Part shown: piece by piece, positions 16,573 to 27,267 of the stretch | How positions within the stretch are numbered: position 1 is the first letter of the stretch | How the letters are laid out: every line of letters starts with the position of its first letter | Assembly: GCA_903929765.1 (NCBI GenBank) | Contig: CAIYVX010000082.1 | Location: forward strand, 16,974 to 80,973 | Length of the DNA: 64,000 nt | Reading direction: 5' to 3' | Source: an uncultured Planctomycetia bacterium | GTDB taxonomy: Bacteria > Planctomycetota > Phycisphaerae > FEN-1346 > JAACEH01 | Made by a program: the position numbers and the translations under genes | The notes under the pieces: model-generated | What the model saw: only the letters and a program-made list of their open reading frames with translations | Told to the model about the DNA's origin: nothing | The model's database searches: none

Positions 16573-16642
16573 AACGTGTGATCCTCTTCTTAAGAAGGCT
16601 TCAGTCTTCAGACCTCAGACTTCAGGAACGGCAGAACACATG

Positions 16643-16700
16643 CCGGGTGCGCGGCCGAAACCGCTCACCCGGCCTTTTTCTCCAGGCCAACCTCTCCCAA
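16643..16700. terminator. Stem-loop structures in the rplL-rpoB intergenic region (candidate attenuator or processing hairpins)
   Basis: CCGGGTGCGCGGCCGAAACCGCTCACCCGG (16643-16672) is a 7-bp-stem hairpin followed by TTTTT on the plus strand. An adjacent CCTCTC/GAGAGG hairpin lies at about 16682-16700. Many bacteria have a partial terminator at this position. The T-run is on the antisense side, so the orientation and function are uncertain. Confidence 0.25.
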
Positions 16701-16724
16701 GAGAGAGGGGTACAATCGCCGCGA

Positions 16725-17150
16725 CTACTTGATCTCGACGGCCGCGCCGACTTCTTCCAGCTTCTTCTTGAGGTCGGCCGCCTCGTCCTTCGAGACGCCG
16801 GTCTTGACCGGCTTGGGGGCGCCGTCCACCAGGTCTTTGGCTTCCTTGAGACCGAGGCTCGTGATTTCGCGCACGACCTTGATCACCGGAATCTTCTTGT
16901 CGCCAGCGCCCACCAGAATGACGTCGAAGGTCGTCTTCTCGGCCGGGGCCGCGGCAGCCGCCGCCGGAGCCGCCATCATCATGCCGCCCGCCGCCGGCTC
17001 AATGCCGTACTGATTCTTCAGATAATCCTTGAGGTCCCGGGCCTGGAGCACCGTCAGGGCCACCAGCTTGTCGCCCAGTTCCTTGATTTCCGGAGCCACT
17101 GCCGCCGCCGGAGTCGCCACCACCGCCGCTGTTTCTTCCGCCATGTTCAA
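16725..17150 (-). CDS. rplL: 50S ribosomal protein L7/L12
   Basis: The product has an Ala-rich hinge and the C-terminal domain [56 protein letters not shown]. Confidence 0.95.
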   Translation of the reverse strand: MNMAEETAAVVATPAAAVAPEIKELGDKLVALTVLQARDLKDYLKNQYGIEPAAGGMMMAAPAAAAAAPAEKTTFDVILVGAGDKKIPVIKVVREITSLGLKEAKDLVDGAPKPVKTGVSKDEAADLKKKLEEVGAAVEIK

Positions 17151-17250
17151 TCTCCTCGACTTCCCTGGGGCCGACCGTCGCCCCCGTTAATGACCAGATT
17201 CCTTATTTGCACTGCTTCCGACCGCCGGCACCCTGCCGGCACGCCGGCCA

Positions 17251-17784
17251 TCATGCCGCTTGTTTGCCTTCCTCCGTACGTTCGGAGATCTTCTCGATCT
17301 GGCTGGCAATTTGCGACGCCGGGGCGTTGATCGCGCCCACCACGCCGGAAACGGTCGCCAGCAATCCGCCCACCACCATGCCCAGCAGTTCCTCACGACC
17401 GGGCAACTTGCTCAGCGCCGTCACGTCGGTGGCACTGAAGACCAGGCCGTCGCCGGCCCCGCCGCGCAGCACCACCATCTTGAACGGTTTGGCGGCCTCG
17501 ACCAGAACCTTGGCCGTGTCGACCAGCGTTTCGCCGCCATAAATCAGCGTGCTCGGCCCCTCCAGCACCGGACGGGCATAGCTCATCTCCATCGCGTCGA
17601 ACGCCCGACCGCAGAGCGAATTTTTGACCACCAGTGCCCGTACGTCTTTCGCACGGAGGGCGGCACGAAACTTCACGGCGTCTTTCACCGTCAGGCCCTT
17701 GGTCGAGACCACCAGCAGGCCCGGTGCGCCTTTGAGCCGCCGGACGATCTCATCGACCACGAGCTGTTTGACTGCCTTACTCAT
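17251..17784 (-). CDS. rplJ: 50S ribosomal protein L10
   Basis: MSKAVKQLVVDEIVRRLKGAPGLLVVSTKGLTVKDAVKFRAALRAKDVRALVVKNSL is the L10 family and lies upstream of rplL. Confidence 0.95.
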   Translation of the reverse strand: MSKAVKQLVVDEIVRRLKGAPGLLVVSTKGLTVKDAVKFRAALRAKDVRALVVKNSLCGRAFDAMEMSYARPVLEGPSTLIYGGETLVDTAKVLVEAAKPFKMVVLRGGAGDGLVFSATDVTALSKLPGREELLGMVVGGLLATVSGVVGAINAPASQIASQIEKISERTEEGKQAA

Positions 17785-17924
17785 GTCGCTATCCTCGCTT
17801 GAACTTCCACTCTCGAAAAGCCGTTTATGTACACCGCGCTATTGCTCCGGTGAGAAGCGCCGGCCCTCGAAAGCTCGTTCTCCCGAGCCGGCCACCAGAG
17901 TTTTTTCGCGGACGGTTGTCCCGC

Positions 17925-18608
17925 CTACAGCGCCAACTTGATCCCCGGACTCATCGTCGCCGTCAGGGTCAGGCTCTTGATATAGACGCCCTTGACCGCG
18001 GCCGGCCGAATCCGCCGGATGTGTTCCAGGAAGGCATCAACGTTCTGCTTCAGGGCCGGCGCCGCGAACGACACCTTGCCCACAATCACGTGCAGGTTCC
18101 CGCCGTCGTCGTTGCGGAACTCCACCTTGCCGGCCGCAAATTCCTTAACCGCCTGAACCACGTCCGCCGTCACCGTCCCGGCCTTGGGACTGGGCATCTT
18201 GCCTTGCGGTCCGAGCACGCGGCCCAGCTTGCCCACCTTCGACATCAGCGTCGGATGGGCGATAGCCACGTCGAAATCGAGCCAGCCGCCCTGAACCTTG
18301 GCGATCAGATCGTCGGCCCCGGCCTCAATCGCGCCGGCCGCCTTGGCCTGCTCCGCCGCAGCGCCGTCCACGAAACAGATCACCTTCTTGGTGCCGCCGA
18401 TGCCCTGCGGCAGGCTGAGGGCCCCGCGCAACGTCTGGTCGCTCTGCTTCGGATCGATTCCTAAATTCAGGTGCAACTCGACCGTCTGGTCGAATTTCGT
18501 CTTGGGCAGCGCCAGCAGCAGCGCGATCGCCTCGTCCAACGTATATAGACGCGGTTCGACCTTACCCGCCGATTCCCTGAAACGTTTACTGTGCTTGGTA
18601 ATAACCAT
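17925..18608 (-). CDS. rplA: 50S ribosomal protein L1
   Basis: MVITKHSKRFRESAGKVEPRLYTLDEAIALL...GKMPSPKAGTV matches L1. The start is the internal ATG; the 20-aa N-terminal extension in the track ORF is probably not translated. Confidence 0.93.
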   Translation of the reverse strand: MVITKHSKRFRESAGKVEPRLYTLDEAIALLLALPKTKFDQTVELHLNLGIDPKQSDQTLRGALSLPQGIGGTKKVICFVDGAAAEQAKAAGAIEAGADDLIAKVQGGWLDFDVAIAHPTLMSKVGKLGRVLGPQGKMPSPKAGTVTADVVQAVKEFAAGKVEFRNDDGGNLHVIVGKVSFAAPALKQNVDAFLEHIRRIRPAAVKGVYIKSLTLTATMSPGIKLAL

Positions 18609-18689
18609 GTTCGCTCCTTGTGGTTCCGGCGATTCCTGTGGCTCCCGAAGAGCCTCGGAATCTCCCACTCCGAAGAGTTCGTTCGAAGG

Positions 18690-19115
18690 CTAGTCCTTGA
18701 TCGTAATGCCCATGCTGCGGGCCGTTCCGGCCACGATTTTCGCCCCGGCTTCGAGGCTGCCCGCGTTCAGGTCCGCCAACTTCGTCTTGGCGATTTCCAG
18801 AACCTGGGCCATCGTCACCGTACCAACGGTCTGGCTGTGCGGCGTGGGAGAGCCTTGCGCAACGCCGGCCGCCTGCTTCAGCAGCACCGACGCCGGCGGG
18901 CTCTTCAGAATGAAGTCGAAGGTCTTGTCGTGGTAGACGTTGATCTCAACCGGGATCGTCGTCCCGTTGAACTCCCGCGTCCGTTCGTTGAACTGGCTGA
19001 TGAACTGCCCGATGTTGACGCCGTGCTGGCCCAGCGCCGGGCCGACCGGAGGCGCAGGCGTCGCCTTGCCGCCGGGACATTGCAACTTGATCTTGGCCAC
19101 TAATTGCTTCGCCAT
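18690..19115 (-). CDS. rplK: 50S ribosomal protein L11
   Basis: [46 protein letters not shown] is canonical L11. Confidence 0.95.
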   Translation of the reverse strand: MAKQLVAKIKLQCPGGKATPAPPVGPALGQHGVNIGQFISQFNERTREFNGTTIPVEINVYHDKTFDFILKSPPASVLLKQAAGVAQGSPTPHSQTVGTVTMAQVLEIAKTKLADLNAGSLEAGAKIVAGTARSMGITIKD

Positions 19116-19177
19116 TGTTCTTCTCTTCCTTTCGCGGTCCGAACGGAACCCTCACCGGGTTCCTCCCGCAACGAGGA

Positions 19178-19744
19178 TTAAACGGCTTCAACCATCCAGT
19201 ATTCGAGTTCGACCGGCGTCGGCCGACCGAAGATCGTCACGATGACCTTGACCAGGCCCTTCGAGGGCACCACTTCGTCGACCACGCCGTCGAAGTTCTC
19301 GAACGGACCTTCCTTGATCTTGACCGAGTCGCCCTTCTTGAAGTCGATCTTCAGCGTCGGCGCCTGGTCCGGGGCCTTGTCCACCTGAATCAGCAGCTTC
19401 TCAACCTCGTGCGTCTCCATGGCCACGGGCTTCGAGTACTTGCCGCCCTCGGTCCCGATAAAATCGCCGACGCCGTTGGTCTCCCGAATCAGGAACCAGG
19501 CCCGCTCGGGAATCGTCCCGTCTTCTTTCACGTCCATTTCGACGAAAACATAGCCGGGATAAAGCTTGCGCTCCATGATGCGGCGCTTGCCGCTCTTCAT
19601 CACCGAGACGCTTTCGGTCGGCACCAGGACGCGCGCGATCTCGCTCTCCAGGCCCTCAATCCGTATCTTCTCCTGGAGCGTCCGGCAGACACTCACTTCC
19701 CGGTTGCTCTGAACGCGAAGGACCAGCCAGCGCTTCGCCATCAA
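19178..19744 (-). CDS. nusG: Transcription termination/antitermination factor NusG
   Basis: The product has an NGN domain (WLVLRVQSNREVSV...) and a C-terminal KOW domain (GDSVKIKEGPFENFDGVV). It sits in the secE-nusG-rplK context. Confidence 0.95.
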   Translation of the reverse strand: MMAKRWLVLRVQSNREVSVCRTLQEKIRIEGLESEIARVLVPTESVSVMKSGKRRIMERKLYPGYVFVEMDVKEDGTIPERAWFLIRETNGVGDFIGTEGGKYSKPVAMETHEVEKLLIQVDKAPDQAPTLKIDFKKGDSVKIKEGPFENFDGVVDEVVPSKGLVKVIVTIFGRPTPVELEYWMVEAV

Positions 19745-19767
19745 AAACCTCGCAGACGCTCAACGGG

Positions 19768-20352
19768 TTAGTAAACGCCTAATTTCTGATTGCCCCAGAT
19801 GACGATCATGTCCGCCAGCCAGATAATCACCGCCAGGATGACCACTGTTGCAATCACCACCGCCGTCGAACCCAGCAACTCCTGCCGGCTCGACCACGAA
19901 ACTTTCTTCATCTCGCTTTCCGTGGCGATCAGGAAGTCGGCGAACCGCTCCTTGTTCACCAGGACGAAAATAAAATATGCCCCGACCAGGAACACCAAAA
20001 ACGGCACGCAATACTGGATGTACATGGCGTAGGGAATCGGGTGGGCCGGGGCCACCTTCCACTTCTTCAGGCCCGCCTTCTCCACCTCGTCAATCATCTG
20101 CTCCGTAACCAGCGTCCCGACCGCGTACTTCGGATTTTCGGTCGTCGGCCAACCGTCCGTCAGCGCCATGCCCTTGGTGTTGTGAATCTCCATCGTCACG
20201 GGCTTGTTACTGGGGATCACCTGCAACAGGTAGGCGTTGATCAGGTAACAAATCGCCCCCAACGCCACCACCAGCCCGACCGCCGTCAGGCTGCGGGTCG
20301 TCTGGCCCTGATTCCTCTTATAGATCGTCGGCAGTACAGGCACTTTTAGCAC
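19768..20352 (-). CDS. secE: Preprotein translocase subunit SecE with an extended N-terminal membrane region
   Basis: The C-terminal ~60 aa (FIFVLVNKERFADFLIATESEMKKVSWSSRQELLGSTAVVIATVVILAVIIWLADMIVIW) match the SecE core. About 130 extra N-terminal residues include additional hydrophobic helices. The gene is syntenic between tRNA-Trp and nusG. Confidence 0.8.
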   Translation of the reverse strand: MLKVPVLPTIYKRNQGQTTRSLTAVGLVVALGAICYLINAYLLQVIPSNKPVTMEIHNTKGMALTDGWPTTENPKYAVGTLVTEQMIDEVEKAGLKKWKVAPAHPIPYAMYIQYCVPFLVFLVGAYFIFVLVNKERFADFLIATESEMKKVSWSSRQELLGSTAVVIATVVILAVIIWLADMIVIWGNQKLGVY

Positions 20353-20460
20353 CTCTTATTATCGTCCGGCATCCGCGACCTCACCTGGCCGCACTCCGGA
20401 CTCTCTTCGGCCCAGCCGCCACCCTGGGGGGCCTCGCTCAGCGGCTCGACCGGCTCTTTG

Positions 20461-20537
20461 TGGCAGGGGCGGAGGGACTCGGACCCCCAACATGCGGTTT
20501 TGGAAACCGCCGCTCTACCAATTGGAGCTACGCCCCT
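20461..20537 (-). tRNA. tRNA-Trp: tRNA-Trp (anticodon CCA)
   Basis: The minus-strand sequence AGGGGCGTAGCTCCAATTGGTAGAGCGGCGGTTTCCAAAACCGCATGTTGGGGGTCCGAGTCCCTCCGCCCCTGCCA folds as a cloverleaf: 7-bp acceptor stem, anticodon loop TTCCAAA, encoded CCA end. It lies between rpmG and secE as in many bacteria. Confidence 0.9.
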
Positions 20538-20570
20538 GTGGATTCTCGTCCGGCCTGCGGCACGGACGGT

Positions 20571-20720
20571 CTACTTCTTCTTCTCCTTGTGCGCCGTGCG
20601 CTTGCGGTCGAACTTGCAATACTTCTTCAGTTCGAGCTTCTTCTGCGCCCGGGAATCGATCTGCGTCCGGTAGTTCCGGTTGCCGCACTCGGTACATTCC
20701 AGTGATACATACTCACGCAT
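20571..20720 (-). CDS. rpmG: 50S ribosomal protein L33
   Basis: MREYVSLECTECGNRNYRTQIDSRAQKKLELKKYCKFDRKRTAHKEKK has the zinc-ribbon CxxC...C motifs of L33. The internal ATG was used. Confidence 0.85.
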   Translation of the reverse strand: MREYVSLECTECGNRNYRTQIDSRAQKKLELKKYCKFDRKRTAHKEKKK

Positions 20721-20812
20721 CGAACACACCCCTGAAAAAGACGATGACGCCGCTACGGCAGGTTCTGCTTCTCGGCCCAACCTGCCGCGCTTCGCTTCGT
20801 TGCTCTAGTTCC

Positions 20813-22021
20813 CTAGGCAATAATCTTGGACACCACGCCGGCCCCGATCGTCCGGCCGCCCTCGCGAATCGCGAAACGCAGCCCTTCCTCCATGGCGATC
20901 GGATACCCAAGTTTCACCTTCACCCGGACGTTGTCGCCCGGCATGCACATGTCGGCCCCGCCGCCCAGTTCCAGGCTTCCCGTCACGTCCGTCGTGCGGA
21001 AATAGAACTGCGGCCGGTAACCCGTGAAGAACGGCGTATGGCGGCCGCCTTCCTCTTTCGTCAGAACGTAAATCTCGCCGTCGAATTCCGTGTGCGGCGT
21101 AATCGAACCAGGCGCCGCAATGACCTGACCGCGCTCGATGTCCGTACGCTCCACGCCGCGGAGCAGAACGCCCACGTTGTCGCCGGCCATGCCTTCGTCC
21201 ATCGTCTTCTGGAAAGCCTCGACGCCCGTGACGGTCGTCTTCTTCGCGTCAGGCGACAGACCGATGATTTCCACCGGATCGCCGACGTGCACTTTGCCGC
21301 GCTCGATACGGCCCGTGGCCACCGTGCCGCGGCCCTTGATCGAGAACACGTCTTCAACCGCCAGCAGGAACGGCTTGTCGACCAGACGCACCGGCTCTGG
21401 AATCGACTTATCCAGGGCCGCAACCAGTTCGAGAATGCACTTGCGGGCTTCCGGCGGACAGTTGAGCACCGTGGCCGGCAGGGCCGAGCCGCGAACGACC
21501 GGAATGTCGTCGCCGGGGAATTCGTACTTCGACAGCAGTTCGCGAATTTCCAGTTCGACCAGGTCCAGCAGTTCCGGATCGTCCACCAGGTCGCACTTAT
21601 TCATGAAGACGACCAGCGCCGGCACGTTCACCTGGCGAGCCAGGAGGACGTGTTCGCGCGTCTGCGGCATCGGGCCGTCGGCGGCCGAAACCACCAGGAT
21701 CGCCCCGTCCATCTGGGCCGCGCCCGTGATCATATTCTTCACGTAATCGGCGTGACCGGGGCAGTCGATGTGGGCATAGTGCCGCGTCGCCGACTGATAT
21801 TCGACGTGCGCGACCGCAATGGTCAGAATCTTCGTCGGATCGCGCCGGCCCTGCGACTCGCTGGCCTTGGCGATTTCGTCGTAGCTCTTGCTCTTGGCCA
21901 GGCCTTCGAGCGACAGCACGTTCAGAAGCGCCGCCGTCAAGGTCGTCTTGCCATGGTCAACGTGCCCGATCGTCCCGACGTTCACGTGCGGCTTGGTCCG
22001 TTGGAAAGTTTCTTTAGCCAT
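20813..22021 (-). CDS. tuf: Elongation factor Tu
   Basis: [32 protein letters not shown]...[26 protein letters not shown]...NKCD is canonical EF-Tu. The start was chosen at the Met before AKETF. Confidence 0.98.
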   Translation of the reverse strand: MAKETFQRTKPHVNVGTIGHVDHGKTTLTAALLNVLSLEGLAKSKSYDEIAKASESQGRRDPTKILTIAVAHVEYQSATRHYAHIDCPGHADYVKNMITGAAQMDGAILVVSAADGPMPQTREHVLLARQVNVPALVVFMNKCDLVDDPELLDLVELEIRELLSKYEFPGDDIPVVRGSALPATVLNCPPEARKCILELVAALDKSIPEPVRLVDKPFLLAVEDVFSIKGRGTVATGRIERGKVHVGDPVEIIGLSPDAKKTTVTGVEAFQKTMDEGMAGDNVGVLLRGVERTDIERGQVIAAPGSITPHTEFDGEIYVLTKEEGGRHTPFFTGYRPQFYFRTTDVTGSLELGGGADMCMPGDNVRVKVKLGYPIAMEEGLRFAIREGGRTIGAGVVSKIIA

Positions 22022-22110
22022 CGCCGATGTCAACCTCCATGAAAAGGTTATTAGTTTCCGTCTCTACACAGTCCGCGGGGACTTCCCGCGGGAACCGATT
22101 CTCTCGTTAC

Positions 22111-22186
<76 letters not shown>

Positions 22187-22373
22187 GACACTTCTGCGGC
22201 TCCTCAAAAATTCGCCGCCCGCCGCTTCCCAGCACTGATAGACGCCCTGCGCAGGGAACGGCCAACGTTAAGACCGCCCATTAAACCGTAAAGAATCGGT
22301 TACGTCAACCGAAAAAAAACAAAATTCCGCTTTTTCACCACAAAAAATGAACCCGCCGTTGACTGACCTGAAA

Positions 22374-23870
22374 CTACTCCACGCGTTCCCAGATCGGCTT
22401 GATCCGCTTTTTGCCGCGCTTGCCCAGTACCACCGGCGTTATGCCCGCGATTTCGCACAGGTAAACCAGCGGCTGCACGTGGTCGCCCGCCAGGCCGAGT
22501 ACATGGTTGCATGGGAACGTCGCCAGGAATTCCTCAAAATCGCAGTCCAGCTTGGCGTGAACGTGCGGCCAGGTCGGCGTCGTCTGAGCGTTGAGCTCTT
22601 TCCGCGTCTCGGCGTCCAGTTCGGTCGACTCGCCCGGCACGATCACCATATACGGCTTCTGGTCCCACAGTCCGAGCCGCGCGAACGTCATCGGCCCCGG
22701 CAGAGCGTCGAACTCCACGCTCGCCCCGCCCGCCTTGAAGTAGAACTTCAGCGCCGGGTGGAGCGTCACCGTCTCGAAATTCTTCTTGGCCGTCAGGCTC
22801 TGCGCCGCAAAATAACTGGCGTGGTTGCCCGAGTTGCACCAGTCCCACAAATCGCGGTCCGGGTGATAGAGCCGCACGTCCATGAACAGCGTCGGATAAC
22901 CACCAGAGATATATTTCATTAGCTGCATGGTTATGGCGGCATAGGCGTCGGCTTCCGTGGCGCAGACCGTCGGCTCCTTCGGCCCGTTCCAGTCGTAAGG
23001 ATCGTTCATCAGCATCTCCGGCACGTCGCCCAGGCAGACGTATTCCGTCATCTCGCGCTGCCCCTTCAGCCCGCAGTAGTCGAAGCCGTTTTCCTCGTTG
23101 ACCTGACGCATGGCGCAGTACAGGCGAATCTGCGTCGAGAGCCTCTCCTCCGTCAGCATGTCGCCGTCCCAGAGAATCCGCTGGCCCAGCAGCCGCTTGA
23201 ACCACTGGAGCCCCTTCTTCACCTCCGCCTCATCCACCTTCTTCATCGCCTCTACGAGCCAGAGCTGGTCGATCTGGTAACAGGTCGTGCCCAGCGACTT
23301 CAGCGTCGGCGTCAGGTGGAAAAACCCGGTTTCCATACCCATCGAGTGGCCGCCGTACAGGCCATAGACCTCGTTCTTGATCGTCGTCCGGGCCTGGGCC
23401 GCCCGAACCCAATCGAACACCTGCTGCTGCGTCGCCGCATCGTTCATGTCGCCCACGATCCGATGCGTGCGCCGCCCCGCCTGCCGCAACGCTCCGTCCG
23501 TGGCCAGCAGGCCCACGTTCCCCGGATACTCCCCGTTATTGTTCGACAGGCTCAGGATCGGCGTATCGACGCCGAAGCAATTCACGAACGGCCAGCACAG
23601 ATACGGAAAATCCCAGACGTTGTAGAGCATGATAATGCTGCGGCACCCCGCCTTGAGCAACTGTTCGCCGATCTGCTGGGCCGACCGCACCGAATGGACC
23701 GTCGAGCGGGCCGCGACCAGATTCACCGTGCTGCCGTCGAGATTCTTGACCTTCTTCTCAATCAGCGCCGCCCAGTCCGCGACGATCTTCAGATTCTCCG
23801 CCTGGTTCGCCTTCCACACCGCGTCCCGCCCGTCGTTCAGCATCACAATTCCAATTGGGGTACTTCGCAT
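22374..23870 (-). CDS. L-fucose / L-arabinose isomerase-family sugar isomerase
   Basis: The 498-aa product resembles the FucI/AraA-type aldose-ketose isomerase family in length and general pattern (from memory, not computed). It is the last gene of a tight 7-gene minus-strand operon. Confidence 0.55.
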   Translation of the reverse strand: MRSTPIGIVMLNDGRDAVWKANQAENLKIVADWAALIEKKVKNLDGSTVNLVAARSTVHSVRSAQQIGEQLLKAGCRSIIMLYNVWDFPYLCWPFVNCFGVDTPILSLSNNNGEYPGNVGLLATDGALRQAGRRTHRIVGDMNDAATQQQVFDWVRAAQARTTIKNEVYGLYGGHSMGMETGFFHLTPTLKSLGTTCYQIDQLWLVEAMKKVDEAEVKKGLQWFKRLLGQRILWDGDMLTEERLSTQIRLYCAMRQVNEENGFDYCGLKGQREMTEYVCLGDVPEMLMNDPYDWNGPKEPTVCATEADAYAAITMQLMKYISGGYPTLFMDVRLYHPDRDLWDWCNSGNHASYFAAQSLTAKKNFETVTLHPALKFYFKAGGASVEFDALPGPMTFARLGLWDQKPYMVIVPGESTELDAETRKELNAQTTPTWPHVHAKLDCDFEEFLATFPCNHVLGLAGDHVQPLVYLCEIAGITPVVLGKRGKKRIKPIWERVE

Positions 23871-23896
23871 GTTTTGTTTCTCCTTATTTTCTGTCC

Positions 23897-24973
23897 TTAC
23901 CGTGGAAACCGTTCCGGCCGCGTCGGCAGTTTCGGAAACTTGCCGTGCGGCTCCGCCTGATACCAGTACGCCGTGCTGGCGATATCATCCGTCAAGGGCT
24001 GGTACCTAAAGTTCGGCCACCAACCCAGAGCCTGCATCGTCACCCGTAAATCTTTCCCAAACCGCACCGGATCCATAATGTGCCAGCGATACAGGCCGTG
24101 CTTCGGCACCTTACCCTCGCCCTTGACAAACAAGGGATAGCCCAGGAACGCCGTCGTGAACGTCTCGCCCAAAGGATTCTGCGGCGTCTGAAAACCCCAC
24201 GCCCCGCCGAAGTAATCCTCCGTCCCCGTGCCGCAAATGGTCGGATCGTCCTTGTCGCCGTCCATGAAAAACTTGATCTCGCCCTCGCCCCACCACCCGT
24301 CCGACATCTGCGTCCAGGCCAGATACGTGCCGACGTACTGCCCCTGCCCTTTCACTCCGTCCAGAATCGTGTGCTCCGGGCACTCGCGCGTCGTCACGCT
24401 CCGCCGCCACTGGGCATGAAAATACGCCGCCTCCGCCGGCACGTCGGTCAGACTATAGTTGATCTGATAGAAGAACCCGTCGATCTTATCGATATGCTGA
24501 TTCTCGATCGTGATGCGGGCCGACTTCCGGAACGGCATCGGCCAGTAGCAATTCATCCCGCCGCTCGCATTCACCGCCACCGCCAGGCTGTCAATCTTGG
24601 TCCGCAGGGCATGACCGCAGGCGAAGAAATCTCCCAGCGGCACTTCCACGCTCGGCGTCGTCTCCCCATCCCAGTAGAAGCGCAGCAGACAATTCCGATA
24701 AGCGACCTCGGCCACCGTCATCCAGATCTGCCCAATGACGCCAGGCCCCTTGATCTCCGCCAGCGTCACCGTCTCGCCCGCTGGCAGAGTAATACAAGGC
24801 CGCGCTTTCCAGCCTCGCCCCAGGTCGCTCGCCGGACCGCCCGGTTCGGGCTTGGCTTTCGCCCCGCCGCCCTTGGCCCCGTCGGGATTCTCCGCCGAAA
24901 TGCTTCGCGTCTGGGCTTTCGACATCAAAAAGATATTGCCCAGCCCCATGGACAGCCCGCTGAATGAATCCAT
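23897..24973 (-). CDS. DUF2961 / GH172-like putative glycoside hydrolase
   Basis: The 358-aa product carries motifs I associate with DUF2961 (ISAENP..., GTGTEDYFGGAWGF, WYQ near the C-terminus). Characterised DUF2961 members are fructofuranosidase / D-arabinofuranosidase-type enzymes (GH172). The assignment is from memory. Confidence 0.55.
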   Translation of the reverse strand: MDSFSGLSMGLGNIFLMSKAQTRSISAENPDGAKGGGAKAKPEPGGPASDLGRGWKARPCITLPAGETVTLAEIKGPGVIGQIWMTVAEVAYRNCLLRFYWDGETTPSVEVPLGDFFACGHALRTKIDSLAVAVNASGGMNCYWPMPFRKSARITIENQHIDKIDGFFYQINYSLTDVPAEAAYFHAQWRRSVTTRECPEHTILDGVKGQGQYVGTYLAWTQMSDGWWGEGEIKFFMDGDKDDPTICGTGTEDYFGGAWGFQTPQNPLGETFTTAFLGYPLFVKGEGKVPKHGLYRWHIMDPVRFGKDLRVTMQALGWWPNFRYQPLTDDIASTAYWYQAEPHGKFPKLPTRPERFPR

Positions 24974-25061
24974 TACGCCATCCCTTACTTTTTTACCGCC
25001 GGGTACGCATCAAAGTGACCCTCGCGGGCCAAGACTGTTCTTAAAGAACTGCTCTTGGCGC

Positions 25062-26111
25062 TCAGGCGCCGCCGACGCTGACCCAACCTCCGGTCTCGGC
25101 CGAGTCGTACATGGCCAAGGCCAGTTCAAGCGTCTTGCGGCCTTCGCGTCCGGTGATTCGCGGATCACGGTTCCGGCGGATCGCCTCGCACAGATCCTCG
25201 ATCAGGTATTGGTGTTCGAAGTACTGAAACGACGCCGCGCCCGCCGCCCCGGTCGGCCCCTGCTGGGCGCCGATCTGGAGCACCGCCGCGTCCTCCGGCC
25301 GCTCGTCCTCGAACTGGAACCGGACCAGCCGTTCGCCCACCAGCACCGCCGTGCCTTTTGATCCGTTGATTTCGATCCGCAAGTCGCTACCCGGGTACAT
25401 GGCGGTCGAGGCCTGCATCACGCCACGGGCCCCGTTGGCGTACTCGAACAGCGCGGTCGTCGAGTCTTCCACCGGCACTCCGGGATGAGCGAGATTGTCC
25501 ATCCTGGCCCAGACCCGGCTGATCGGACCCAGCAGGTAGAGCAAGAGATCGTAGTAATGAAACGCCTGCTGCACCGTCACTCCGGCCCCATGCTCGCGGC
25601 TCGAGCGCCACGAGTCCAGATGATAATAGCTATCCGGTCGGAACCATTTCATATACACGTCGCCCGACAGCAGCGTTCCGAACCGCCCCTGCGCCAGGGC
25701 CTCGCGGATCGGCACAAGGGCCTTGCGGAACCGACAGTTCAGGCAAATAGCCAGCTTCGTCCCCGAGCGGTCAAAAGCCGCGATCAGCCGGTCCGTCTTC
25801 TCCAGCGTCATGTCCGGCGGCTTCTCCACCAGACAATGCTTGCCCGCCGCCGCCACTTTGATCCCCAACTCCGCGTGTGTGGCGTTCGGTGTCAACACGC
25901 TAATCACGTCGAGATCCTTACGGGCGAGCATGGCCTCGGTCGAACTCTCCGCCTCGCAACCGTAGGTTTTCGCGAACTTCGCCAGGCGTTCGCCATTGGG
26001 ATCGCAGGCCGCCACCAGCGTAGTCTCGGCGGAAGCCTGGAGAGCCTTGGCGTGAAAATCGGCCACCAGCCCCGTGCCGATCAGCCCGAAACGCAACCTT
26101 TTATTTTCCAT
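25062..26111 (-). CDS. Gfo/Idh/MocA-family NAD(P)-dependent oxidoreductase
   Basis: The N-terminal Rossmann motif LRFGLIGTGLVADFHAKAL and the conserved EKP motif place it in the family. The product is 349 aa. Confidence 0.85.
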   Translation of the reverse strand: MENKRLRFGLIGTGLVADFHAKALQASAETTLVAACDPNGERLAKFAKTYGCEAESSTEAMLARKDLDVISVLTPNATHAELGIKVAAAGKHCLVEKPPDMTLEKTDRLIAAFDRSGTKLAICLNCRFRKALVPIREALAQGRFGTLLSGDVYMKWFRPDSYYHLDSWRSSREHGAGVTVQQAFHYYDLLLYLLGPISRVWARMDNLAHPGVPVEDSTTALFEYANGARGVMQASTAMYPGSDLRIEINGSKGTAVLVGERLVRFQFEDERPEDAAVLQIGAQQGPTGAAGAASFQYFEHQYLIEDLCEAIRRNRDPRITGREGRKTLELALAMYDSAETGGWVSVGGA

Positions 26112-26125
26112 GACGACCTCCTCGA

Positions 26126-27172
26126 TTAGGGGATCAGGATGGCCTTGAGCCCGCGCTGGGCTTCGACGTCCTCAAACACGGTTTTCCACTTTTCCAGCGG
26201 TTCGCGATGCGAAATCAGAGCTTTCAGATTCAATTGTCCGGACGCGGCCATGGCCAGCGTCCGGTCCCAGCACTCGAAGGCCGTCGAGATGTGGAAATCG
26301 ATCCGGCAATCGCGGAAAATGGCCGCGTCCCATTTGAAAGCAATCTGCGGTTTGCCGGTCATGCCGATGACCGCGATGCGGCCCTGCTTGCGAATGAGTT
26401 GCACCGCCTGGTTGATGGCAGGCTCGGCCCCTGAGGCTTCGACCACCAGGTCGGCCCCGCGTCCGCCCGAAAGTTGTGTCACCAGCGCCGGCAGATCCTG
26501 CTGTTGAACATTGATCGCCTGATCGAAACCGAGCTTCCTGGCCGTCGGCAGGCGCAGTTCCTCATCTCGGTTTGTGCCCGCCACGATCACCGCTTTGGCC
26601 CCGCCCAACCGGGCACACATCGCCGCCATCAGACCGATCGGTCCGGGTCCCAGCACGACCACGACGTCGCCCGGATCGACCCGCGTCCTGAGCAGGACGT
26701 CCTGAAACACGTTGGCCGCCGGTTCCACCACCGCCGCCTCGTCATAGCTCATGCCTTCGGGAATCCGGTGCAGCAGAACCTCAGGCATCACGATGAACTT
26801 GGCGAACGCGCCATCGATGCCCCAGCCCGGACTGCGTTTCTCCGGACAGATCTGCCGGTTCCCCGTGCGGCACAGATAGCACTTGCCGCAAGCCCGCGTA
26901 TGCGGTTCGCCGATGACCCGGTCGCCGACTTTGAATCCCGTGACCTGCGGCCCGACCTCCACGATTTCGCCCGAGAACTCGTGACCCAGGATGACCGGTG
27001 GCCAATAGGGGAATTCGTCATGCAGAATGTGAATGTCGGTGCCGCAAATGCCCGCCGCCTTCACGGCAATCAGCACCTCGTCGCCGCCGCGAATCACCGG
27101 CACCGGCTTGTCCTGCAGTTCGACGTGGCCCACGCCTTTGGCCGTCTTGACCAGCGCCTTCATCGTTGCCAC
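26126..27172 (-). CDS. Zinc-dependent alcohol/polyol dehydrogenase (MDR family, sorbitol/threonine-DH-like)
   Basis: It has the catalytic zinc ligands (C...GHEFSGEIVEVG), the structural-Zn cysteine cluster CGKCYLCRTGNRQIC and the NAD fold GPGPIGLMAAM. Confidence 0.85.
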   Translation of the reverse strand: MATMKALVKTAKGVGHVELQDKPVPVIRGGDEVLIAVKAAGICGTDIHILHDEFPYWPPVILGHEFSGEIVEVGPQVTGFKVGDRVIGEPHTRACGKCYLCRTGNRQICPEKRSPGWGIDGAFAKFIVMPEVLLHRIPEGMSYDEAAVVEPAANVFQDVLLRTRVDPGDVVVVLGPGPIGLMAAMCARLGGAKAVIVAGTNRDEELRLPTARKLGFDQAINVQQQDLPALVTQLSGGRGADLVVEASGAEPAINQAVQLIRKQGRIAVIGMTGKPQIAFKWDAAIFRDCRIDFHISTAFECWDRTLAMAASGQLNLKALISHREPLEKWKTVFEDVEAQRGLKAILIP

Positions 27173-27267
27173 CGCTCCGCTCCTCTCTTATCTCGGGCGC
27201 CCTGGCCCACGCTTGCCTGGCCAGACACGGGAGCCGCTCAGTTGCTGTCCCGCGCGCCCGTATCCCG

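Noticed and set aside
20353-20460. Possible additional tRNAs or small genes between secE and tRNA-Trp, and between tRNA-Thr and the sugar operon (22187-22373).
   Set aside because: I could not fold any cloverleaf with a sensible anticodon there. The segments look like ordinary spacer and 3'-UTR sequence.
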